Source of the DNA: Octopus sinensis
Lineage: Eukaryota
Direction of reading: 5' to 3'
DNA: 64,000 nucleotides
Assembly (NCBI RefSeq): GCF_006345805.1
Contig: NC_043001.1
Span: forward strand, 87,606,001 to 87,670,000
Of this stretch, positions 37,401 to 49,850 are shown one piece after another. The position numbers and the translations under genes are program-made. The notes under the pieces were generated by a model that did no database searches, was not told where the DNA came from, and saw nothing but the letters and a program-made list of their open reading frames with translations. Every line of letters starts with the position of its first letter. The stretch's first letter is position 1.

Positions 37401-40400
37401 TCCAGAACCACAGTCCCTGTGTGTTTTATCTTTAGTCTCCAACAAATAAAACAGAAGATTAACCAACCCCTCCCATCTATTACAAATTAACTCTGGGCTC
37501 GCTTGATATAGCTATAGGCTCTAACCCACATCCTTCTTAGATAAGTAAAGGGAGAAATTGAAAAGAAAAAGAGAGAAGTATAGAAGGAATTTCATGCATT
37601 AGCATTGACAATTAAGATAGTGATATACAAGAAAATAAATGAAACTGCCACTCCACTGGCTAAAACTGCTTTCTGGTCAACAAAATATCATAAAACTCAC
37701 CTGATGTGATGCAGCTTTAGTTAACTGCTGCATTCCACTTTCAACTCGTGAATACCCATTATCTACATTGGCTTCAATGGAATCTGGAAAATAGCAAAAA
37801 ATTATTTAATATTTTGTATTTGTATTTGGTTTGCAAGATTCTTGATGTGAACTTGTGCATTAAAACAGATTTTGTTGTATCTTGGAAGGGTCATTATGCC
37901 AATAGTAAAAACAAGTACTGGTTCTATTTCACTTATTTGTCAATTGCTCAACTATTTAACCACTTAACAACTTATGTCATAGGACTGCATCCTATGACAT
38001 ATGACAAAGAAAAACAAATGAAACTCACCTATTACGTCTCCCTGTTCATGGACCAAGGTCCCAAGTTCTCGAAAGATTTCATTCACATCCAGAATGTCAC
38101 CCTACAATACACAGAAACAACAATACAATAATTTAATTATTAATTTGAGTATGTGTGTAAATATGAATCTCTTTATTAGTTTCAGCTAATGGACTTTAGC
38201 CATACCAGGGCATCACATTATATCAAAGAAAATATTTCCATACATATTTCTTTATAAGATGCGGAAAGTAAAATGAACGTTGGCACAAGGGGAGAAAACT
38301 CTGTGATATAAATATCCACAGTTATTTCTGTTCGAACATCCTTGTTTAACCTCACCCTACGTGGACACATTTGCTACATACGTTGAACAAACCATTAAGC
38401 GGTGCTTAAGGTCCCAGTCAACTTGATTTCCATTTATATATCAAAATCTCTTTTCCATGCTGGGATGGATTGCCTAGTTCAACATGAACAGACGAGACAG
38501 AGAGCTGCTTCAAACACCAATGTCTGCTTCAGCATGATTTCAACAGCTGGTCTTCCTAATGCCAACCACTTCACAGAGTGTATTCAAACATTGTTGTAGC
38601 AACGTTTCTGCCAATAAAATTTCTCTCCAAGTTTTGGTAAACGCTAAGATATGGTTGTTCAAAGTACTGTACAATGTGATTAACCAGGAAATGTATGGTA
38701 GTGAGGCAAACTTCTTAACTACACGGTCATATGCATCAGCGTAGCGGAGTGATCTAAATTTAAAATCATTTCAATGTCCACTTCACCATGCTTGCATGGA
38801 TCAAACGAAATTTGTTGAGGCAGATTTTCTAAAGCTTGATACCCATCACGTTGCTTTTCTTCAACTGATTCCAAACAAAAACAATACCTTCTATAGCCAT
38901 TTGAATATGAACAGCACAATGGCCAGATAAGTCTTCGTGACAGAGGATACTTTTTCTGAAGGCAAAGATTGACAACAATAGCACAATGTCACAGGCAAGA
39001 AAATAGATGCCACCCAGCCTACACACACAACAGGCTTCAGTTTCCATCTGCCAAATTCACCCATGAAGCTTTGGACGGCCAAGGATTATAAAAAAGACAT
39101 ATGGCCAAGGTGCCACACAGTTAGGACTGAACCTGAATCCATATGGTTAGGAAGCAAACTTCTTAACCTAGAAAAAGTACACATCTCAATCACGTGGTTT
39201 CAGGTTTAAAATGGTGAGTGAGCCTCTATAAAATACTGTGTGTAAGGATATTATATTTGGGGGAAATATGAAAGCATTATTTGGGATTATATATATATAT
39301 ATAATGTATGTGGTGTCCCACCTCCAGCTGTCTTATCCTCTCTTCTCTCTCAAGGATCAAGGCAGTGTCTTCTTCAATAATTTCCTGTTGCTGCATCAAC
39401 TGTTCTTCTCGCTGTTGTCGCTGTAGTAGGGATTCCTGGTCATCCTCCTAGGGAAGAGAGAGAGAGAAAAAAACTCAACACCGTGACATTATGGAAAAGC
39501 AGCCCCCCACACACACACACGAATACTTAGTGCTATTCACAAAAATACTATACAAGTATTATAACACATATGCATACTTAGATACACATGCAGAAACTAA
39601 GATTAATGTTACCTACAACATGTGGTACAATAAATTACATGTTCAGTTATTGGGTGGATGTATATTAGTTTGCAGAACAACCAGAGTAACATGGAGTATG
39701 AGTAACCTTGGTGTGATTTCAGTTTCCAACTGAAGCAACTTCATTTTATTACTGTCACTGAGAGCTTCATTGAGAATGGTATATCTCCCATTATCTCCTC
39801 TCCATTAAATGTTTATAAATTTTTGTATGTAGTTAATCAAAGCAAAATCATTTAAATTTCATGGAGCTCAACTTCACTTTTCAATCAATCAGATCATAGT
39901 ACCAACTCCCAAGCAACAAAAGAAAATTGGATTTGTGGTTGATATTTGTAGAACAGTTCAGGAAAATTTCAGTTATTTCCCTTGTTTCAAGTTTCTTAAG
40001 GTATCCATCCACCTGGAAATATCTATTAAGGGGATGAGTATCCAATGGATAGGAGCGAGTAAGCAATAAATGAGTGGGGAGGAGGAAGAAGCATACAAAT
40101 ACACACATATGTACAGTGTGTGTGTGTGTGTTCCTAAACATAGGTATATAATATATAACTTTATCATCATCATTTGTTAGCCAATGCTAGCCTGAGTTTG
40201 ATGAATATATTATTGAAGCATTGTTTTACAGCTGGATGCCATTTCTGTTGCTAACTCTTACATGTTTTCAAATAAATGGTCTGTTATTTCACGTCAATAA
40301 AGACACCAAAAAGTAGATGATTTGTCGACTTTTGTAGAGGGTAAATATAAACAAGCATACATGATGAGGTTCTTTCAGTTTCTATCAACCAAATTCACCC

Positions 40401-43400
40401 ACAAGTTGGTCGGGAGTTAAAGACGTGTTTAAGGTGCTGAAGCTTTAGTTCTCATAGTTGGACAAGTCAAAGGATTAGAGAAACAAATATCCTAAATGTG
40501 GAAGTAAATCCAAAAGTTGGAAAGTCAGAGTAAACTTAGTAAAAGTTTTAGAGTTAACTGTGAAGAAGCCAGAACTACAATCAGGAAGGTGGCTGTGCTC
40601 AATATGTAAAAATAAGGAATAGGTAGGAGTTACAAACCAAACGCAAAGTATGGGCCCACAAAAAATGCAGAGAGATCACAGACAGGCTGACAACAAAAAC
40701 TCTCAAGCAGATGCACAGTAATAGTTAGCAGGAAGAGCACCTATGAAATATATTCTTTCCAATGATCAGAAGGTTGATGGCTTTTATTACCTAATTGAAC
40801 TAATTAGCAGTAGAGGTGGATATTCTGAAAGTATAAGTAGCTGGAGTAAGAACGAGAAGGGAAAATTTCAGAGAATTGTTACTGCTGCTGGTAACAAAGG
40901 GTTTCTGTCTCTGAGTGAAGGACAGATTGAACAATGCTTATGTATGAAGGGCAATATTGCATGGCAGCAAAATATGGACAATGAATGTGGAGGATGTATG
41001 AAGGTTGGAAAGAAATGACACAGCCTGATCAGCTGGATGTGTAGAACAAAAAATCTGGATGAAAGACAAATTAAATGTAGTTCACTAGAGAGAAGACTGT
41101 ACTGCTACGGATGCAAATGAAGAATGATAGTTGGAGTGAGCAGTGACAAGCTATTTAAGAGGAAGGAAGTAACAGAGGAGAAAGACCTAAGAAAATAAGA
41201 GAAGATTTGCTGGAAGCTGATCTTAGAGTGAGCTTCATGAAGGAGATATGAAAGGACCACCACAATAAGATGTGCTTGAAAAACACTCACTCAACCCATG
41301 CAATCATAGAAAAGCTGATGTAAAAATGATATCTAATCACACACAATAGGATTCCACACAATTTGCCAACTATATTCCATTCACAAGGTATCATTCAACT
41401 TAAGGCTAAAGCAGAAGAGACTTGCCCAAGATACCATACAGTTGAAAGAAATCCAGAAACTCATGGTTGCAAGCCAAATTTTTTAACCACATGGCCACAC
41501 CTGCACTATGCGCGTGTGTGTGTGTACATATATTCTCTCTTTATCAGCTTTTTCCTTCTTCAAGTAAGATTTCATCAAACAAGGTACTTACCTCAAAATC
41601 GATTAGACTCTCTCCTGGCGGGGGTCGCAGTGGTTTTGCTGTTCGAACCTTCTCGGCTGCTTTCTACACACAGGAAACAACAAAACAGATTAGTCAAAAT
41701 AGCAACAATAACTTTTAACAGGAACAACACTACATTTTGTGAGAGTGTTATAGTCATTAATGACTTCAGAAGAGTATCTAACTGGTATTTATTTTATTGA
41801 TCTCAGAAAGATGAAAGTGAAACCAACCCTGGTGGAATATACACTCAATATAACTAAATACAGGACCGAATGATATAATGCAAGGCATTTTTCCAATTCC
41901 TTCTGTAAATTAGTAGAAACCATTTATATGAAAATACAAACACGTCAAGTTATGACATTCAGGTTTTCCCACTTGCATTGTTCCTGTGAAGTGAGCAAAG
42001 TATTTAATGAAAATTAAAAAACACACACTGTATGCTAATACATACACGCAAGCAGAAAATGCAGATAATTCATTTACAAATATCACATGCATACAATCCT
42101 CATGGTACACATATTGAGTGCCTGCATACATTATATACACATGAATATGCACACATATTGGGTACACGAATATATGCATACACATTCTTCCTATAAGAAT
42201 TACTTGGCAGTGATAATGTTGATGGCCATGTATGTCATAACTTAAACCTTCTGTATATTCTAATAAATATGGCCTCTAGCTAGTGAATATTAGATCATGG
42301 GGGGAAAATGTCTTGCAATATATAATTACGAGCAAAATGCTCCCCCGTCCAATGGACGGTGCTGAATCATAAGCAATCAATGTTTTCTTTTTATTAAAAA
42401 ATAATTAAGCATGCCTTTATTTCAATAAAATTTTGGGTTTTGTTAAAGTTAAGGCAAAAAAAAAAAAAAAACTGCTTGAGAAACCAAATAGTCTTTCCTT
42501 CCTTCATGCCAAGTTTGAAGAAAATATCTCTTTTGCATCTTACTTTTTTGGTCTCTTAGATATACTGCATTTTGTGACATTATTTCAAGCCAGCCGGCTT
42601 TTTTGGCGCAAACTGCACATGCTTTTTTCTCCTGTACGCATAGTATCGATCGCAACAGCTGATGTACTTGCGCGTACAAATGCATGTTCCCACAGCTTTA
42701 TCGATCGCATTCTCACCTGGAATGGATTTTTGTAATTATTTCAAGACTTATACATGCCCTGATACCGTCGGTATCTACATATCAAATTTGAGCGCAATCA
42801 GATGGAGGATGCCCGAAATCCTAGAAGACACACACACACACACACAAAGACAGACAACGGATTTTATATAATAGATGGTGTGTATTTACTTACATTTGTT
42901 GCAAATTTCATCAGAGTCAACTCTACACCTCTATACAGCAGTCATTATAGCTATATGTACAACCTCACACTACTTTGTATTCCACACTATTTCTATAACA
43001 TACACAACACTTGATGTGTAGCCTTATGACTCTTTTAATGTTCACCAAGCAGTCTTTGAGTGTTTTATACTGTGTACTGCACATGTATTTTCATTGCTGC
43101 CTTTCTGTATTTGCCTTATTGCTGCTTTTTATCCCTTCTTTTACCCTTTTCCAATGAGTTACAGTGTATCTGAGTACTGTATGCAATAAGATTGTTATGT
43201 ATAATGTTACAATCTGTATACCACAAATATTACTATAATATATACAATAATACAACAAATCTGTATACCATAGATGTTGTAATATATACACCTCCTAGAC
43301 CCCTGTATATTGAACATTATTGAGACAGTTGGAGAGAAAAAAAAAAGGAACATTATTAGTTCTACTCACTTTCTGAAGTTCAGTAAATTTTTTAAAACTT

Positions 43401-46400
43401 TCTTCGAAATCATTCCGCAACCTTTCCAATTCAAACTTTCTGTTCTGAAGAATGGAAAAAACAGAGAAATATATAAACACTAGTCAACTCAGCTGCATGA
43501 ACAACTTAACATTTGGGTGTAGGCAATTGGTAGTGAACCACCACCTGAAATGTGGCTATCTATATAAGAAATGAATATGCTTTATGATCAGAAACCACCT
43601 GTACTAGATCTAATGAAACTTTCATGTAAAGAGATGTTAATTACCTCCACCTCAGTGAAGGCAGAGGTATTGTTTTCAGTTGCATTTGTTTGTTTGTCCA
43701 TAGACAAGATATCTCGAGAACTGCTGGATGGATTTGGATGAAACTTTCAGGGATGTTTGGCCTTGTGACTGGCACAAATTGATTAGATTTTGGGATTGAT
43801 CCAGTCCTGGACAAGGATTCTGGATTATTTTCCCGTTTTTTTTTGTTTTATTTTTCACTTAATTTTTGAGAGTGTTCATTTTTATTTGTCATTTAACCAG
43901 CCACTTAATTCTACAGAAACTACAGTTACATGCCGATTCTATGGATCTTATAAAGTGAATGCCAAAAAGATGTTTGCTGCAATAATTAACTGTGTAAGAA
44001 CATTGAACTTGGCTCTGAATGTTAATAGTCAGATTCACATTTGAGCATGGTTACACTCCATTGATGAAGTTTAACTACTTCAGTCATTCATAGCCAACTG
44101 GTAACTGCCATTCCTATAGACAAACAGCAAAAAACACATTTGCTGGCACATGCATAGCTTTGTCAAGCTGGAATTACAAGCAAACTGAGCAGTAATGATT
44201 AAAATTAAGTTGTGTACATTTATATTTAACATGGTCATGTACACTCAAATGTGGAAAAAAAGTCACTGCGTATTTCCTTTAAAATGCTATTCTCCTTATA
44301 GAGTATGTAGGAACAGAAACTGGGCTTTGAATGACATGATTGGACTGTCTAATGTGTTTCTGCTGTAAATGAGTGAAGCAGTGTCGGTTGATGATGAAGT
44401 ATAACTACACAAAAGCATATCTGACAGTCTGAAGATGTCATTCAGAGCCCAGTTTGATGTGTTCTTACAAAGTCTATAAAGGAAAGCATCTCCAAGACAT
44501 TTATCACAAAAAAATTTCTTTACATGTTTTAGTGTACATGGGTGTGTTAAATATAAATATACACAGCCTTAGGAAGGAATATATTTATGTTATGCAAATT
44601 ACACAAATTATATTCACAATGGCCTGGAGGTACTGATTCTTCAGGTGGAACAGGCTGGGGTGATGAGTCTTTAGATGATTCAACTATTATTTAGATGAAC
44701 CTAAACTTAATATATGTAATGTCTATAATAACCGCTTTTGATCACTTATTTTGATATGCATAATCTTTTGTAGATGCTAAGTCAAAGACATGTAAAAAGA
44801 AAGACTGAATAAAAACATGCCACTGACCTGCGTAAGTTTACGATTTCGGACAATTTTTTTTACTAGATTAGCAGTCTCTGTAACAATTTCATTTGTAGAT
44901 TGAGAAGTTTCATGTCTGAAAAACAAACGTAAGTATTTATTAGGTTAGACATTGTTCTCTATATTAGGTAAGAACTGGAATCTAAAATGATAATGAAATT
45001 ATTGTGTATAGTGTTCAGGTGCACTATAGCTCATCAAAAGTGCATGTATAGTACATAGAATTATGTACAAAAGTCAGGAAAGTGAACAGTGTAAGAGTCA
45101 TGATATACATGTGTGCATGTGTATAGAAGGCAGGGATATCATGTGTAGAGTTGGTGAATTTCAGGAAGCATGGAGGTTTTGAAGGGTGCAATGTCTTGTC
45201 AGCTAACAGCTGATGTAGGTAGTTTGTTCCATACTTTAGTAACTGAGTGTGAAAAAATGTTTCTGAAGGTCATGGGAGCTGTGCTGTTTTCTGACTTTGT
45301 AGGCATGCCCACATGGAGCTAAAAAAAGTGCTCAAGGTAGTTGTTGGCATATTGGTTGATAATTTTGTGGATGTTTACCAAGTCAGTTGCCAGATGTCTG
45401 AGCTTCAATGTATCTATGCCCAGGGAAGCAAGATGTTCAGAGTATGGTAGATACTTGATGGTGGGTATTTGCTTGGTTGCACATCTCCGAACAGTTTCCA
45501 GGAGGTCAATGTCCCGAGCAAGATAGGGGTTCCAGACTGGTGATGTAAATTCCAAGTGTTACTGCACCATAGTCATATATAGCCTTAAATAGATAGCTGG
45601 AGAGCAGCTGACAAAGGTCTTGTTGAGTGATGCCAAGACACCCTCAGCCTTCTTGACAATTTTAGAGATGTGCTTTGTCCAGTGTAATATCCAGATCATG
45701 TTCACAAGAAGACTTCTTGATATTTGTGTTGTGTAGAGAGTATGTGGATGCAGGGTTTTCTTCCCAAAATGCATGGTGGTACACTTGTCCACAGCCAGCA
45801 TGAGTTGCCAAGTCTGTGATCCATCGTTGCATTGTGTCCAGGTTCGATTTCAAGAAAGATCTAGTGTTCAGGATCTGTCCTTTTTATCTCAAGATACAGC
45901 TTGATGTCATCTGCATATTTCAGTACTGTGGCATTCTTTAAGTTGGCATCTATGTCATTAATGTATGCAACAAGCAAAAGGGGACCAAGAACAGATCCCT
46001 GCAGGACACCAGATGACATCTCATAGGATGAAGAATGCTGTTCTAGAACCATGACTGCCTCTTTTTGGCTGGGAATGAAGGACTACAACCAGTTAAAAAG
46101 ATCATCCTTCACACCCATTGCAGAGAGTTTTGACAATCTCTTGAGTGGCACAGAATTAAAAGCTTTAGCAAAGTCAAGTTAAACAACATCCACCCATGAT
46201 CCACCATCAGTGACCCTGGTTATGTCTTCAAGAAACTATTAATTCATCACAGCTGCTGGAGTTAGGGATAAATCTAAATTGCAAGGACTGGATAAGGCTG
46301 TGAGAATTCCAGAAGCTCTAGAATGCTTCTCTGACACAGATTCCATCAGTTTGGTAATGTAGCTATTTCTAAATGATTGAGTAAGATTTTGCTAATAAAG

Positions 46401-49400
46401 GAGTCTCTTTTATCTCTTTTACTTGTTTTAGAAATTGAACTGCAGCTATTCTGGGGCACTACCTTAAAAGAGTTTTGTTGAACAAATCAACCCCAGTAGA
46501 TATTTTCAAGTCTGATACTTATTCTATCAGTCTCTTTTGCTGAAATGCTAAATTAAGGGGACAAATGCAGCAGTTGTCAAGTAATGATAGGTGACAAAAA
46601 CACACACACATATGTACATATGCATTATAATTAGCAAAAGAAAAATATAATTTCCAACTTTGACAGAAAGTTACAGATTTGTACAGAAAGAATACACAAG
46701 TGGGGGGCTGAAAAGTTCCTGGCTTTAGGGTTATTGTAAAGGGCCTGGTTGGAAGTCCGACCTTCTGAGTTCTTTAACAAGACTTAGAAAAACTGAAGAA
46801 CCACTGCAATAAGTGTGTGAATCTGAGAGGGGAATATGTTGAATAAAATCATAATTAACTGATCTTTCTGTATTTTCTTTTATCTAAAACCAGGAACTTT
46901 TCAGCACTCCTCATTAACTAAATTGAGTTCCTCACTCGTTTGTAATACAAACTGCACAACAGGAAGGTGATGGAGATCATGTGAAGTTGATACAAACTGT
47001 AAATGGTGTGATCTGGTGCAGATGTGTGTAGTTAGTTAGAAAATATTAACAGTGTGATTTGATGTGAGATGTGTGCAAGTATCACAGAGATGGTGAAGTG
47101 AAATGTATGCAGCTATTACAAATTGTAATGAGGTATAATGTGTACAGTTAAAACAAACTAAATGGTATGATGATACATGAAACGTGTACAATTAAGACAA
47201 ACTGTAAATGGTATAATAAATCTCTGAGCGAGGTACAAACAGTAGCTGCATGACATCATGAAGTATATTTGCCACTTAAATGTGGCTAACCCTTAAGGGT
47301 GGATACTACTGTAGCTTGTAGCCCCAGGAAGACACCTCCTCCAGCTGGCTATTGACACATTGCCTATGCCTTATCAGTATTTGCAAAGCTACAGTAGCAT
47401 CCACCCGTAGGGGTTAGCCCCATTTAAGAGGCAAATATACTTCATGATGTCGTGCAGCTACTGTTTATACCTTGCTCAGAGATTTATTATTGCTTGTTTA
47501 CACTTTTTCGAGTTCAGTGACATTTCGTCACTGGAAAAAAGATATATTTGCATTGGGAATCACTTCACATCAACAACCTGTGATTGTCACACACTGATGA
47601 CGGGTCAATACCCAGAAACTTGGGTCCGTGTGCATCATGTCAGGTTGGAGATGGGAAGGATGGCATCCCATTGCAGATACTGATAGAGCACAGAAAGTGT
47701 GTCAATAGCTAACTGGAGGAGGTGTCTTCCTGGAGCTACAAGCTACAGTAGCATCCACCCTTAAGGGTTAGCCACATTTAAGTGGCAAATATACTTCACA
47801 TTGTAAATGGTATATTATGAATGAAATGAGTGTACTTAATAAATACTGTAATCATGAGGTCTGTGTAGATAATACAAACTGTAAATTGTGATATGATGCA
47901 TAAGATATGTGCAGCTAATATATACTTTAATAGTGGGTGTGTGGTTGAAAAGTTTGTTTCCCAGCCACATGGTGTTAAGTTCAGTCCCACTGTGCAGTAC
48001 CTTGGGTAAGTGCCTTCTGCAATAGCTCCAGGATGACCAAAGCCTTTGGATTTGGTAGATGGAAACTGAGATAAGCTTGCGTGTAAATGTGTGTGTGTGT
48101 GTCTATCTTATGTGTGTGAGTATGTTTGTGTCTCCCTATCATGACCATGTAATTTTGTAAAGGAATGTCATTCATTTCCAATATACAGTGAAAACTTATC
48201 TGACCATGGGGAAATATTACCTTACTTTGAAGCAGGTGAGGGTTGGTGACAGCAAGGGTATCCATCCATAGACTTTGTCCAACCCATGCAAGCAAGGAAA
48301 AGTGAACATTAAAACACTGACAAAGATGAGGTGTGTAGTTGACACACAGTGTAATGACATGTAATGTATATAGTTAATACAAACTTTGAAGATAATCATT
48401 ATGGTGACCTTAATACTGATGACAAAAAGAGTAAAGAATGAGATAAATAATTTACAGACTCACATTCTGTCTCTTAAAACATTACTGTCTCTTTCGGTGC
48501 CAATAATCTTCATAGCCTTGTTCAAATTATTAGCTGAAATGGAAATTACCAGCATTATTATTAAAGGAAACATCTAAAAGAACAACAAAAATAACTGATA
48601 TACAGGTCTGTTATCAGTCAAAAAAGATGGAGGATTCTGAGAACTTGTAAATTGAGTGACAGAAGACAACTGATATGGACATTTTGATGGGTAGGTGTGA
48701 CAGAGAGAGTGTTAAATATAGTGTCTGAGAGCACAACTGTATTTTCCAGCATAGTATGTAGTATACTATTGACATAGTATGAAGTATAACCATTCAAACT
48801 TTGTCACTACATTTCCAAATCCTGCTGCATTTCATACATAGAATTTTTGGTCCTCCAAACTCATTTTGCTGTAGAAGTTGGCCTACCTTTATTGGCTCTA
48901 AATTTTGGTCTGAAAAAGTCAACCTGTATGCCAGAAAATATGGTAAATATAGTCACTATACACATCAAGGAAACATCAACAATATTATATTGTCTTTATT
49001 ATTGAACAGCACACAACAAAGTTTCACCAACTTTGTGATTCTTTGATTTCACAGTCTCTAATGATCTTTCAAAGCAACTACACATCCATAACATTTCAAG
49101 AAATATATACCAAAAACTGAGCTTATTTAGATCTGTTAAATACTTAAAAACTGAACACTGGATCTTACACTCAGCTAAACTGTCTAAATCAGTATACAAT
49201 TCATATATCAAGGACACAACATATTCTAGGTCACTGTTTGTGAACCATGTGGATAGAGCAGAGAGGGTGAGTCCCTGCTGAGCCTGCTGTTGTATCAAAA
49301 TAGGAGATAGTGTGTAGAGACATCATCATCATTGAAATGGGTTCTAAGACTGCATTATGCTCTAATGAATGCTTTGACATAATTAGGAAGGGCATCTAGC

Positions 49401-49814
49401 TGTAAAAACTAGCAAATACTTTACAGCACTGCAGGGTACTTCTTTTTTGGCACTAGCACTAGTGAGGTTGTTGTACAGCTTGCAAGGCTAAGATCCCTTT
49501 GACTGAATAGAGAAGAATGTGGTTTTATGCTAGATGAGTGGTTAAAGAGTAAAAGAAGCCAGAAAAGGTTCCGGTTCCTATTCTCACATTTAATCACACA
49601 CCAGTTAATACAGCAATATAGAAAACAAAGATTTACAACACTTGACCCTGCAAAAAAACAACAACAAAAAAAAACCCAAAAAATTTTCATGTTCCACTGA
49701 AAATAAGGCAAAAGATGTATAGTTACTACTAGACAATTTGTCTATTATAGGTATTTATATTTATTTAACTGACCTAAGAAAGTGAATAAGAAGAGGACCA
49801 CCAGTCAGACTTTG

Positions 49815-49850
<36 letters not shown>

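Noticed and set aside
48999-49298. 99-aa minus-strand ORF inside syntaxin intron 2
   Set aside because: No recognisable domain. The syntaxin frame is complete without it, and I saw no convincing donor.
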